Source of the DNA: Chiloscyllium plagiosum
Taxonomy: Eukaryota
Assembly: GCF_004010195.1 (NCBI RefSeq)
Contig: NC_057752.1
Span: 10,138,247 to 10,202,246, forward strand
DNA length: 64,000 bases
Reading direction: 5' to 3'
Under the pieces are notes generated by a model. That model was not told the DNA's origin. It did no database searches and saw only the letters and a program-made list of their open reading frames with translations. Every line of letters starts with the position of its first letter. The first letter of the stretch is position 1. Of this stretch, positions 37,009 to 50,720 are shown one piece after another. The position numbers and the translations under genes were made by a program.

Positions 37009-38320
37009 ATGTGGATCCTGATGTGGGTACTGATAGGGTACCCTTTGTTGTCCAGTACTTCCTGGGAGCGGAGAAATTACGCCATGTTCTTTGTAGCCTA
37101 CAACACATTACCAATGAGGATAAGCACTTCACCAAGACCTTCCCTATGCCTCCACTTCTCGCCTTTAAACAACTGCCAAACCTTAAACAGACCATTGTTC
37201 GCAGCAAACTACCCAGCCTTCAGGACAACATTGACCACAATACTGTACAACCCTGTCATGGCAGACACTACAAGACTTGTCAGTGTGTGACAAGGATACC
37301 ACCATTACTCATGGGGACACCATCCACCATGTACGCGGCAGGTACTCATTTGCCTTGGTCAACGTTGTCTATCTCATATGCTGCTGGCAAGGATGCCCCG
37401 AGGCATGGTACATTGGCGAGACCAAGCAGACGCTACGACAATGGATGAATGGACACTGCGCAGCAATCACCAGACAGGGATGTTCCCTCCCAGTCGGGGA
37501 GCACTTCAGCGGTCAGGGACATTTGGCTTCGGATCTTCGGGTGACTGTCCTCCAAGGTGGACTTCGGGATACACAACACCACAGAGTGGCCGAGCAGAGG
37601 TTGATAGCCAAGTTCAGAACCCATGAGGATGGCGTCAACTGGGACCTGGGGTTCATGTCATACTACAGGAGATCCCACTACATTATACGTTCTCACATAC
37701 ACAAGCACACATACACAGACACACTTACATACTCACACTCATGCAGACCCTCACTTATACTCTGTCACACTCATGCACGCACTCTACCAGGCACACATAC
37801 ACATACACACTCTCCCCCACCCTCACATGCACACACAGGCACACAATTTGCAGAATTGTATTTGCAGATACATTCTATTTTGCTCAAAAAGCGCACAATC
37901 TGCAGGCAGTCAATCCATGCGACATTTTATAAATTCCTACTTTGGAAATAGAACCAGTCTGATTGAAATAGACAGACTCTAACCTCACACCTTTAATGCA
38001 TTGTCTGAGCTGAGATGTCATTCTTTTTTAATAAAACCTTAAGTTATCTCGGGAATGTGACTTGAAAGAAGTTCTGAGATTTACATATTACTGAATTGAA
38101 ACCTGCAACCTATTCTAAAAGATGAAAAACTTAACAGCAGTTTTGGTTTGTTCAGTATATCGTATCAGTTGCATGACACTATGATCTTGTGCTATAAATT
38201 CTGTGTCCTATGATCCTGCTCCACTAGCTACCTGACGAAAGAGCAGCGCTCTGAAAGCTAGTACTTCCCAATAAACCTGTTGGACTATAACCTGGTGTTG
38301 TGTGATTTTTTTTAACTCTG
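37009..38320 (+). mobile_element. 5'-truncated Penelope-like (Neptune-like) element, family C
   Basis: GIY-YIG NVVYLICCWQGCPEAWYIGETKQTLRQWMNGH (ORF 37277-37951), CA-rich spacer, pLTR; probable TSD tccatcgagaag / tccatcaagaag (36997-37008 / 38321-38332). Confidence 0.85.
38229..38263 (+). ncRNA. Minimal hammerhead ribozyme motif (Penelope family C variant)
   Basis: TAC-CTGACGA-a-AGAGC(agc)GCTCT-GAAAGCTA-GTA; stems I and II covary with the 31980 copy. Confidence 0.7.
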
Positions 38321-39069
38321 TCCATCAAGAAGGACAAGGGTAGCAGATATATGGGAGCACCGCCACCTTCAAGTTCCCCTCAAAGCCACTCATCATCCTT
38401 ACTTGGAATTATATTGCCATTCCTTCACTGTCTTTGGGTTAAAATCCTGGAATTTGCTCCCTAATGGCATTGTGGGTCAACCCACAGGTGGACTGCAGCG
38501 GTTAAAGAAAACAGCTCAGCACCACAGTTCTCAAGGGTAACTAGGGACAGGCAATAAATAAGCAATGCCTCCATCCCACAAAGTGAATAAATTAAAACAA
38601 AAACTTGAAATCCATCTTGTGAAACAGATCATTTTTTCCGTGTCCTCCTTCATTGGCTCAGTGTCGGTTCCTTTTACTTTGTCTTTGTCAAACATTTGTA
38701 GGTAGTTTGTTTGTTTAAAAATACGATCTAAACATCGAGAGATTGAGACGCAATTTGGTCCTTTCAAATTTTTGATGGGAATCTGAGAAATGACTGGATC
38801 TTTTTTATGGTGAGAGTTAAAAGAAGTCCTTTACTGCGCTGGAATTTTGTAAAGAGGGAATCAATGGTTTTGCCTGATGGAATTCTACGCAGGGGAGTGA
38901 ATTGTGAATGGTTAGATTAGTTGCCATTTTATAATGTAAAAGTTGATCACGCTGTCAGTTACTCATACATCTTATGACTCTTCGGATGCTCTCCGTCACT
39001 GTTTCAGGTTTCCTGACTCTAACCGTTGCTGTCCAATCTCCCCATATCTATAACCTCCCCATATAGATT

Positions 39070-39370
39070 TGTACTTCAATTTAGTATAGTATATTTGTCA
39101 TCCACAATGCGGGTCATCTTGACACAGGAGACAAAATTCAGACTGGATGACTGCTCCGTGGGATGCTTCTGTTTAGTCCACAGGTGTGACCCTGAAGTTG
39201 CTGTCGTCTGTCATTTTTGTTCTTTACCTTGCTCCCACTCTCATCTCACTGACCTCTGTATCTTTCAGTGTTCCAAAGATGCTCAACACAAGCTTGAGGA
39301 ACAGCATCTGATTTTTCAATTAGCCACTTTCACAACCTTCTGGACTCAGGCCGAATTTGGTGAATTGAGT
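39070..39370 (+). mobile_element. Old Penelope-like GIY-YIG fragment
   Basis: QETKFRLDD...HKLEEQHLIFQL in ORF 39026-39463. Confidence 0.55.
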
Positions 39371-40234
39371 GTTAATGTCTGTCTCCATTCTGTTTCCTTA
39401 CTCTTTGTTGCTTTTGATTTTCTGTTCTATTCTGTTGCCTTCAGACAGTTTTCTGTCTTTTGATAAATTATTTGCTGAAGCGTGGTTTCTGCTTTTGATG
39501 TCTCTGATTCTGATCTGAAATATTGATTGGGGGGAGAAAAGGCACACATTTTCTTTGAATTACTTTAAGACTTACTAAATCCTGTTGCTTCACTGCATGG
39601 ATTTGTATTTTCTGTCTTGTCCGGTGCAAATGAGTTTAATTTTTATTTATTGCTCCTCAGCCTGGTTCAATCACTGTCTTGCTCATGATACACCAGCTGG
39701 ATGAGCTTGATTTTTTCCACTGCCCACAGCTTATAGGACAGACTGGCAAAATGCTTCATGCAGCATAGGAAGTAATGACTAAAGAGCATATCAGCCTTTG
39801 ACCTTCAGTGCTGCCTCAACTGCGTTAACAACAGCCTAAGAACTCATGCCTGTCCACATTTCAGTCAGGACCTCATGGAAAACTTTAAAATTGTGGATAG
39901 AGAGGAGGTAGAGGATGCTTAAAAAAAAAATCAAAAGGAGGGCGGAGAGAAAATATACCTGAATAGATAATCGTAACGTTATGGATGATTAATTCTGTTT
40001 TTTGCTGTGAAATGTGTATGATGAAAGTTTGTTCAATCTAGATGTTTTCTGCAACTTTTCCTATTGATGGAAATACAGTTGAAATCATTTGTGATCATCA
40101 GAATATGTATGTTGTACACAGTGGTCATGTATCTCCATTGTTTTTTGAGGGGCCTAGCATGGACTTCTGAGGGCTTGTCTGATGTCTTGGCAGTAAGCAC
40201 GTCGAGCATTGTGTGTAAATATTCTGCCTTTCAG

Positions 40235-40358
40235 ATTCTGGTAGTCGGTGAAGATGGCTCATTCCTGGTTAAATCTCCCAAGACTCACATCTGCGAGCAG
40301 TGCAGCGCTGCGTTCCGGACTAACTACCATCTGCAGAGGCACATCCTCATCCACACAG
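40235..40358 (+). CDS. ZNF148: ZNF148-like coding exon 3 (124 nt, C2H2 finger 1: ILVVGEDGS...[22 protein letters not shown])
   Basis: Acceptor ctgcctttcag; donor G|gtagaa, phase 1. [12 protein letters not shown] is the ZNF148 finger-1 signature. Confidence 0.95.
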
Positions 40359-43300
40359 GTAGAATGCAAGAACCGTGGGTGTGTTCAGAGCTGTTTGTAA
40401 GCTAAAGACTGTGTACGCTTTTCAAAAGAAAATGCCACTACTGCTAAACCCTTATTACAGGTGCCAGAATACCTTTTTCCTGTTTAATAAGAGCTCTTTT
40501 CTTTAAAATTTGCCAAGTCATAAAATAATTTTCTTTTGATCATGCAATGAGCACATTTAAACTTTCTCCTCTCCTATTTTCTGCTCTCTTCCTCACAACA
40601 AAGGCCTGTAGTTTCTTGAGTCCCTCATCCATCTTGTGTCAACCAGTTATTGTCATCAAATAATTTTAGCATGGCCAAGCCCGATCTTTAGTGGACATTA
40701 CAGCATACACATAATTGCTAGCAGGGGTCCTTTGATCATGATTGGAATTGGGGAAACCTGGCTAATGATGCCTTTACCCAGGGACACTAGAAGGAGTAGT
40801 CGTACTCCAACTGCTACCCTAGTTGAGATCAGTGAACACAACATGGGAGCCAAATCTACATGGTGTGCTTAGCATTCGAGCCATCAGTGAAACATTTTAA
40901 TTGCACTCTTTAGAAAACATAAGTGAGTGTTGAGTATTGTAAATGTTCCAACATTTTTGAACTGAACTTCTTGGAAGTGGCTACATATCACATGATATCC
41001 CTTGTGTATGTTGTGCCCAGATACAGGTTTCTGTGAGCTGGGAAACTGGGCTTGCTCTTATACATGTACGATGAATATATATGGCTAGTTTGCAATACAA
41101 TTGCAATACAATTTCACCCCGCTGCACTCAGTACACTGACTTTTACTCTCCGGTTCATAAACCATTTGGTTCCTTCCTAGGTGTAGGTGTTCTAAATTCA
41201 GACTTCAAAAGCACTTTCAAATACAGGAAGTAAACAGGTGACCGTGCCTTTTTTTTCTTCTTCCCTCTGAACATGCTGCCTCTTGTTTGAAGTTTGGTTC
41301 CACAGATGTCAGCTGCCCTCCAGTCCTCTGGTGTAAGTGTAGACAGTCTATATCAATGGACTGTTTGTTTTGGGTGCGAGGGGCGGGGGGGGTGGGGGGG
41401 GAGCGGGTGTGTATGGAATATCACAGCTCAGCCTGATGTTGCCCTCATTTGAAATCCATGGTCTTCAGTATATTGTTAATGTGCTGTGATGAGGAGAGGG
41501 ACCTGTGGCAATACCCTTTTTCCATCCACTATCCCTAGCGACAGCTCTTGCAATCACTCCAACTAAGATCAGCTAACTTGGCACGTGATGTTTTGCTCTT
41601 GTTGGGCTGTGATGTGTTGAACAGCAAAATTGCCAATTGATCGTGCCAGAGGGGCTGACTGGCCTCTTCCCGATTTTGTTTCTCTAATCCATTGGTAGAA
41701 TTGATCCTACATATTCAACTAGACTCTGAATCAATCTGTTCTTTTGAATACCATGTTAAATTTCAAAAAGCTGAATTCTGAACATTGTGTAACCTGTCTT
41801 TTGCTTCAAATTTGGAGCATAAGATTGTCAAAGGTTTTCTGCAACAACTTTTGCCATCACGATTTTATCTATTCGTATTTGATTCATTCCTTGCCACATA
41901 TCTAAGCAGCATGTGATAAACCAGAGCTAATTGAGTTTCTTGTCCTGCAACCTGTCAAAAACAAGCCCCAAATTAAATGCAGTTATGAACAGGCAAAGCT
42001 CAGTGCACTAAGTGGTTCTGTCGTAACAAGGATTCACTAAGTTGGATTCACTTCAGACTGTTACTTCTTTCCAGTAACTTTGCCTTTTAGCTTCATAGAA
42101 GCAAAGTAGCGTGCAATTAATTCCTTGCATTGAGGTGTATTCTGTCTGATTTACATGTGTGCCAATTAGTTTTTTAAAAAGATGGAAATGGTAGGTATTT
42201 GCAGGATGGCAAACCAAAAGAAACAATAGATAGTTAATTTTAATGACCATACAGCAGCTTGTGTTTTATCATAAAATATGTGTAATTTCTCAGTAACACT
42301 GATTTAAACATGTGCATTCCGACCAAACTTAACACAGTACATGAGAATTAATAAAAATAAGATACCATTGAGTCTTGGACAGAAATGGAAAACCAGATGT
42401 TAATTTTGTTGAAGAGTGTTGCAAAGGGCAAAAGATGATTCTCATGAGGTATCATCATCAGAAGTGCTTTACCATCAACTTAGTTTTATAAAGTGCCTGT
42501 TAATCTGTTCCCCTCTAAAAGGTTGCCATATGATATTCACCAAACCATAGTTATACACCAACTGAAATATCAGTGATCTTTTTGATTGTTGGCTAGTTGT
42601 GAGCAATGCAGCACTTTAATGCACATTCTTACTTGTACCAAGGGCGTGATCACAATTAATTGCTTCATAAATGAAAGGTTGAAGTTGGGCTTTTGATGCA
42701 AGCAAGAATTCAGTGGAGAGAGGAAGCAGGTGCTGCATTTTATTTTTCATTTCCCAGCAGTAGCTGGTGAGTGTTCTCTTATCTTTAAGGTAGGAATCTG
42801 TAAATTGCTGTTACTTTCTTTTATTAAATCAGTAACAGATTAACTAATAAAACAAATAAGTTTCAACAGGCAGGGCAGAACAGATAGTTTGCCATAACTA
42901 AAGCATATGGAAATGTATCAAAAGTATTGTGATCTCTATCTACCCTATCTAGGAGGCAGGCAGTCACATCCATTATATCAAGTAGAACTTTAGAATTGAG
43001 CAATAATCAAGGCCAGAAGGCTGTGACTATGAGTCAGAACAGGTATGAACGTACACAACAAAAACAGAAGTTGCTGGAAAAGCTCAGCAGGTCTGGCAGC
43101 ATCTGTGAAGAGAAATTAGAGTTAATGTTTCAGGTTCGGAGGTGGGGGGAGGTGTGGGAACGGAACCTGCAATTAACTGACCTAGAGGAGTTACTCTGGC
43201 TGGTCACCATGTAGCATAGGCAGAGGAGGCTGGAGCAGTAGATGTTCAGAGAGGTGAGTAGCCATGTAACTGGACCAGAGTGTTCAGACAGGTTTGGTAG

Positions 43301-44929
43301 GGGAGTAGAGCTTCCGTATGGGCCAGGGTCGGTGAGGGATCAGAGCCTGAATTTCAGCTGGGCTGGGGAGAAAGGAGAGCCCAAGTGTCAGCTGAACATT
43401 AGACCTAGTATTGATTAATCCTCTAAGGATTGGGCAGGTATCACAAACTTTGTACATCATGTGGCTTTATCTGTTACTGAGCAAGTTTATTGGAGTTTAT
43501 AGCTACTCATAATATCGAAAGGCAAACTGGAGAACTTTATGTAAAGGTGAGACATTCAGAGTAGCTGAGGTCTTCAATTTTTTTTTAATGTAGAGAGGTA
43601 CAGCGGTTGATGATCAGCAAATTGTATCCCTAGATGATGATCAGCATCTTGCATTCAATTTTTATAGAGGTTTTCAGGAACCTGTTTACATATTGCATTT
43701 TTTCACGTTACAAATAATTCCTGGAAAATTGTTTTAATGTTGCAACATTTTTACATAAGGTATGCATTTACCTTGGTGAATGCGTGAAAAGATAAATTAT
43801 GGGAAATTTGTTTGTAATAAATTAACAAAATGTCTTTGTTATGCATTCTATTTGTTAGAACAAACTTGGAAGAGTGCACTTTCTGTAAAGTCCCACTATG
43901 CCACTGGTCACAAAGTAAATGCTTTACCCAGTTACCTATACATACTATTATGCTTATTCTAAACCTAATGTACATTTTTAAAAAAACTAGTTTACTTTTA
44001 TAAGCAACAAAATTGTTGATTTATTTTTAAATAAGACTTGTTTGACAATGTGTAAAGCCTGATTAATGCGGAGCTTGAAATGGGAATGTATAAAGATTTA
44101 CCCTTGTAAATAACCTAACACACACATGCATAAGCATCGATTATAGAAAAAAAAATCTTTCTCTGCAGAGATTGGGTTGGGGGTAAGTGGCGGGGGGGTG
44201 GAGGTGGTGATGACCAGTTAATAATTAGAAGCTAACATGGAAAATGCCTCAGAAAACTCCAGCTGGTCTGGCAGCATCTGTGGAGAGAAATCAGTTAATT
44301 AGTCAAGTCTGACTCATCAAAACTGGTTAATAATTGTTGCTGATTGGAGGAAAAGAGGATAAGATGTGAAACGTGGCTTTCAATCAGCATCCTAGTGTAT
44401 GAACTCAGCTATCATTAAATACAAGCAGTTATGACTGGGAGTTTTGCAGACGCAATTCATCCAAGAAGCGTCTCTTGCTCTCGGGCGGTACTCCAAGCAA
44501 TATCAAAAACTCTTGACCTCCCCAGACTCAGCCACTGGTGACTTCCAATAGATCCAGCAGCTCTCGTTTGAGGGTGGAGGGGAGAAAAGGCATCCTACTG
44601 TTCTTTCAACGTTTTGAAATTAAGGAAATGTCCCTTTTATTTTAGATTAAAGGTTTCTCCTCTGCATTTTAAATGAGCCTCTGTCCATAACTCTTTAAAC
44701 ATGGGTCCTCCAAAAAAACCTTCATAATACATGTCAATACTTAATAAAATATGTACACAATCTTGATATTTGTGCTGTCTTTAAAGAAGAAAGCCATAAA
44801 ACAAAATCAACACAGATACCGAGGCAATATTACTACGTGACTGCATTACCTAATAAAGATATGACAATGAAACAGTAGCACTTGGGAAAGATAAATTATA
44901 TTAAATCCTATAAGGAGCCATTGCAAAAT

Positions 44930-45660
44930 TGAAGTCAATGGGAATCGGAGGAAACTGTCCCATGGCTGGAGTCAAACCTAGCACAGAGAACAATAGTTGT
45001 CTGCCTCAGGACTTTGTTGCTGGACTTCCCTAGGACAGTGGCCTCGGTCCGATCATCTTCAACTGCTTCATCGATAACCTTCCCTCCATCGTTAAGGCAG
45101 AAATGGAGATATTCTCCAATTATTGCAGTGTTTGGATCCATTCTGAACTCCGATACTGAAATAGCCTGTACCAATGAAGTAATACCTGGACAGTGCCCAG
45201 GCTTGAGCTGATAAAGAACAGATAATGTTCATGGCTACACAAGTGCCAAGCTGATAGGCTTCAGAACTGCAGCAGACAATCTAGAATAAAACACTTCAGT
45301 TGATCACACCATCTGCCACCATAAACATTCACTCCCTCCATCACCTATACACAATAGCAGCAGTCTATACCATGTCAAGATTACACTGTCAAAAGCTCCT
45401 TTGACAGTGAGTTCCAAACCTGTGACATCTTCTACCACCAAGAACAAGGGCAGCTGACATATAAGGAACATGCAGATGGTGATATCCTCCCCTGTTGTTT
45501 GGTCAAAGTCCTGGTGCATTTTGCCTGGCAGTATGAGATCTGCCTACACTCCGTGGACTGCAGTGGCTTATCACCATCTTCTCTTGTGCATTTAGAATAG
45601 GTAGTAAATGCTGGCATCACCAGTGACACTCACATCCTGTGAACAAATAAAAAAAAAACA
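44930..45660 (+). mobile_element. Decayed copy of the second jockey-group LINE family
   Basis: atcatcttcaactgcttcatcgataaccttccctccatc RT segment; tail taaatgctggc...cacatcctgtgaacaaataaaaaa. Confidence 0.7.
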
Positions 45661-47044
45661 AATCCTTGTGTCCTCTTGCTCAGGCTTATTACCAGTGAAG
45701 CTGACCTAGGTAATTGGGTTCTGTGTTCTTGCAGCATTTAAAATAGAAAAAGAATGGTTTTGTATGAAGGACTGTCTCTAGCTTCATTCAGGGGGACAAT
45801 TGTTTGAATATTTGGATTATAGAGAGAGTTCTCCTGACACCATTTGAGTGGGATGTATTGGCACTGTACAGCAGGCAGTCTTGGAACCCAACCAGTGAAT
45901 ATAGTATGTGTAGGTTAGTCCCTGAAGTACCATTATGGACTTGATTCTGATTTTCCTAGTTAACTGTGTAAATTTGGAACAGAGAATGTAGCTTCATCTA
46001 CTGCTGATTTTTTCCATAACTTCTGAAGTCCAGAAATATTGATACTTTTTATAAAGCTTCAGCTCAGATGGTTTCTTTTCAGTCTACAAATTAAACCTAG
46101 GGAATTAAATAACTCTCCACCAATCTTATTTGTCAATTAATTGATATTTGAAAGTTGTGTATTCTGCTTTTAGCTCATAATAGCCTGGCAAGCCATGACC
46201 CAGTTGGACATTTTGTTGTTGCTGCTATCAATTTGTCAGCAGCAATAGCATATAATTAGAACTATTGAATAATTTTGCACTTCCTTGAAAATTTGTTTCT
46301 GTACGTCTTTTCAGCAGCTGATAGCCTACAGAATACACCAAGCAATACAACTATGCTTTGATTGTTTTTCTCTTGAATATCCTCGTCCACCAGCCCCATA
46401 AAATATATTTGAGGGTATCCATGTTACCATGGACTTGGCTCAGACTACATACTCCAGGTGAACCACTGCCTTCACCAGTATCAGAACTGAATACTGGTTG
46501 GAACATGAAATACTGAGGTGTCTCCTGCAGTACTATTCTGGACTGCTCGGCAGCACCCATTACATCTCTTCCTGCTTGCCCTTAAGCTGCGGGGTGCTGA
46601 CATCTATAAACATGCAGACTCTGTATCACTTAGCCCCACTGATCTGCTGCAGTAATTCTAGCTGCTGCTGCCCATGCTGAAACCCAGAGTACAAGCTGCT
46701 GCAGTTGACTGCACTTCCTGCACATGTGATTAAGTTCTCATATGACACAGGATGTTGATTGCCCAGGTCTGCGATAGCTCTTTTTATCCATGTCAAAATA
46801 TGAACAAAAGCACAACCAAACTTGTGATAATACCTTCGACTAAGCGGAATGTTATGTGAGAGTTAACGTTTAAATCCACCCTCAGGGTGGTAGGAGTGGC
46901 TGTTGGCCTCCTATCAGGTGTTCTCACTGACATTGTAATCAAGACATGCTTTAGCTAACCTTAACTCTACGTTCCAGGAAAGAACATTATCAATCCCACA
47001 TCTGTTCATATTTCATTTTTTTCTGATTTTATTCATTCAGTGGA

Positions 47045-47810
47045 AGACCATAAGGACATAGGGGCAGAAATTAGGCTATTTGGCTCATCAAGTCTGCTCC
47101 GCCTTTCAGTCATGGCTGATAGGTTTTTCAACCCTGCTTTCCCACTTTTTCCCCGTAACCTTTGATTCCCTTGGCAATCAAGAACTTATCTGCCTTTGTT
47201 TTAAATATACTCAATGACCTGGCCTCCACAGACTTCTGTGGCAATGAATTCCATAGATTCACCACTCGCTGACTGAAGAAGTTTCTCCTTATCTCTGTTC
47301 TGAAGGGCCTTCCCTTTACCCTTGTCTGTCCTGCCAGTACAAACATCTTTCCAATGTCCACTCTGTCCAGGCCATTCAGTATTCTGTAAGTTTCGCTCAG
47401 ATCCCCCCTCATTCTTCTAAAAACTATTGAGTATAATCCCAGAGTCCTCAAACCTTCCTCATTTGTTAAGCTTTTCATTCCTGGGGTCATTCTCATGAAT
47501 CACCTCTGAACCCGCACCAGGGCCAGTACCTTCTTCCTGAGGTATCAGACCTGAAATTGTTCACAATACTCTAAATGTAGTCTGACCAGAGCTTTATAAA
47601 GCCTGCAAAGCACATCCCTGCTTTTATATTCTAGTCCTTTCGAGATGAATGACAACATTGTATTTGCCTTCCTAACTAATGACTCAACCTGCAACTTACT
47701 GCCTTCCTAACTAATGACTCAACCTGCAAGTTACTGCCTTCCTAACTAATGACTCAACCTGTAAGTTTACCTGAAAAGAAATATGGACTAGGACTCACAA
47801 GTCCCTTTGC
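47045..47810 (-). mobile_element. CR1 LINE 3' end (same subfamily as 26212-27890)
   Basis: ORF 47128-47496; closely similar to 26212-26920. Confidence 0.9.
47665..47770. repeat. 3 x 35-bp tandem repeat inside CR1
   Basis: tgccttcctaactaatgactcaacctgcaa(c/g)ttac at 47665, 47700, 47735; single copy in the sister element at ~26845. Confidence 0.95.
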
Positions 47811-50422
47811 CATTCAGTTAGGTTCTGAGGTACCACATGTTGTTAGGGACAAATGGCAAGGGCAGGTGGCATACAAAGAGACTAAAGCAAAAAGTTGACA
47901 AAGCAACAGGTAGTAATTAATGAAAGGGAAAATGACTAGGCTGAATCAAAAAGGCAAGAAATTGACCAAAAGCAACAGAATGCAAGCAGAGTAAGTGCTG
48001 CAAGTAGGAGAGTGAGACGCTTGAGGAAGTATGCACCTATAACCCTCATGGTTACGAATGAGACCCCAGAATATGATATTGGCAGTAGATCAGAGGTATC
48101 TGAATATTATAGACAAAGAGTGGAAGGAAGAGCCACATCAACATCGACACTTATTGCAAAATGGCAGAAAATATAACAGTTGAGTTGAATTGCCAAAAAA
48201 TTATTATTTTTTGGCTGAAGAAGGAAGGTGGCCAGCCCTCTCCTGAGTCACGGAACAGTTCTCTCAATCTCAGCCAATTCATAATCCACTTTTTCTTTTT
48301 TGATAAACTTAAATTTTGACTTTGTTTTTAAATGAATTGAGCACTGTGACCTGGTCTAAACGAGAGAATACTGCTGAGGTGGGCATAGCTGACACCTGAT
48401 GCCTGTTTTTCTTTGTAATCAAACAGCTATCAAATGTGGTTGTGAATTTTTCAACAAATGTTGAAAATGCAAGTTGTGACACTTAAAATATAGAGTGATA
48501 CTACAGCTGTTGCCCTTTGACGCTGATGTGAAATCTTCATAGAATTAAATTAAGGAAACAAATGTATTTGTAGGTTTTGATCCTGATGATTTTGAGAGTG
48601 ACACCGAGGATGTAGAAAATGATTAGTGAAGTCATATGGTAAAAATTGTAAGTCTAATTCAATGAGTTAAGCCAAGCAAAGTAAAGGAAATGAGAGTCAA
48701 TTTGCTGTGAAAATAAATATTTTTTTGTCAAGTATTTTTGAGTATAGTCATTTTGTGTGAATTTAGGCATTGTTTCATATTTGTGGTATTAAAATTATAA
48801 TTTAAACTAATTGGGGGGGGAGGAGGTCATTAATTGAAGTTTTGAATGACATCAGTTGAATATTCAGTCCGTATTTCTAAGGGTAAATATCTCGGCTTAT
48901 TACTTCGAAAAGCATTTCCTTTATCAGATTTTTGAAAGCTTGTTTTAAATTTTCATCCCTTTTATTTCACACATAGAACTGGAAGCCTGGCTTGTTAAAT
49001 AGAAGTTACTAATTAGATAAAGACTCAACAGCTACTCACCGATCAACTGCTTTCTGTACTGCCAGTGTCGCTACTTCATTTTTCCTCAACTTAGTATTTA
49101 AAAATCTCTGCTTTTAATTTACTGAAAATGTCTGAACACTTTAACTAACAAGGGATGGTAAAACTAATTATAACTTTATCCTCCCGATTTGATTGAGCAC
49201 TGATTGTAATTACAAATGCAGGTATCCCCCGTTTAAAGTGCACTTTTTCATAAGTTTGTAAATTAGGGAAGTTTACGAAAACTAAAACAGAAGCATAGCT
49301 GTGCCTGTGCTATTTTCGTTTGCTATCCTTCCCGCGTGCTGCCTCCCTCCCCTGTTCTCTGCTTATGTCTTCCGCAAACTTGGTGCATCCCATTTGTCAC
49401 CTTGCTTGCTGTCCTCTCCTGAGCCACAGAACCGTTCTCTCACTATTAGTCAGTTCATAATCCACTTTATTTCTTCATCTAACTTAAATTTTGCCTTTGG
49501 TCTTAAGTGAATTGAGCGCCGTGACCAGGTTTAAATGAGAGAATACAGGAGAGATGGGCACAGCTGACAGATGATGTCTGTTTTTCTTTGTCATCAAAGC
49601 CTCCGCTGCAAATGGAAGAATAAAGTGAAGGCACTTCAACTTCTGGCTTTGCAGATTGTTGGCGGGACTGAGTTGGCACAGCCTGAATCTGCTGGGTAGT
49701 TGGCACATGTTAAAGACCCTGGGTTTTGTTGTTCAATTTCCCTCCACATTTCCCAAAGATTGCTGAGTTTTGCTTGATTCCAGCTTGCAAGAGCAAGGTG
49801 TGCCCTCCAGTACCTTTTCCAATCGTCCCTCTTATGTGAGTCTCAACACTGAATATTGACTGGGTATTCGACCCTGGAAAGTATCACAGTTGAACTTGAT
49901 CCTGCATTCACCCATTCATATTTCCTTGAGTTGTAATTATGAATGGGAATCCTGGCTGATTATTCCAATGATTTCTCTTCCTTTTTCTATTATGGAATAG
50001 CAGCGGAGTTGGTTTCAGCACTGCAGATATCGCTGTGGGTGTGACCAGCATAAACATGGGCTTTTGGTACCTTTGGTTGCATAGCTCAATTTTACATGTG
50101 GTAGCATCAAACACTGACCCTTCATTAGTTTCTGAAAATTTGTTTTAACGCTACGTACACTGATGGTATTGCTTGTCATGCCTTACACTGGAAATCAAGT
50201 CTTGCTATTCCCAGAGTGGTCACAAAAGTTAAAGATTTTGTAAAAATATGCACACTTCCCTAATTTACCTGTCTTTTACACCTGGGTTGACAGAAAACTT
50301 AGACCAGGTTTTTGTACTGAAAAATGATGATTTATTACAAATAATTAGACTCTAGCTACAGGCAAGTAGTTCTGAACCATTGGCCTATAACTGTACTAGT
50401 TAAAACTCTAATCCATTTCCAA

Positions 50423-50720
50423 GGCGATGGCACAGTATTATCACTGGACTGTTAATTCGGAGGCCTGTGTAATGTTCTGGGAGCCTGCGTTTGAAATTTG
50501 AATTCAATAAAAATCTGAAATTAAGGGTTTTCTGATGACCATTGTTGGAAAAACCCATCTGGTTCACAAACGTTCTTGAGGGAAGAAAACTGCCATCCTT
50601 ACCTTGTCTGGCCTACATGTGACACAGCAATGTGGTTGGCTCTTAACTACCTTCTGGGTAATTAGGGATGGGCAATAAATGCTAGCCAGTGATGCCCTCA
50701 TCCCGTGAGTGAATAATAAT
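50423..50720 (+). mobile_element. SINE sharing the 3' tail of the second jockey-group LINE
   Basis: tggcacagt...tcactggact head; gggatgggcaataaatgctagccagtgatgccctcatcccgtgagtgaat tail. Confidence 0.65.

Larger units (their letters stand above)
35030..38590 (+). mobile_element. Second jockey-group LINE family, RT to 3' tail, with nested HE1 SINE (36477-36763) and Penelope element
   Basis: WWWVIKQL, ALDTAKATGPE, HLLSNNLLSDAQFG..DIKAAFD, FTDDCT, QAWADKWQVTF motifs; tail ggcaataaat...catcccac. Confidence 0.8.

Noticed and set aside
37690..37845. CA-rich tract as an independent microsatellite or His/Thr-rich coding region
   Set aside because: It is the low-complexity spacer between the ORF and pLTR of the Penelope element.
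35855..37951. 200+ aa ORFs as functional RT or endonuclease genes
   Set aside because: Truncated, frameshifted retroelement fragments interrupted by other insertions.
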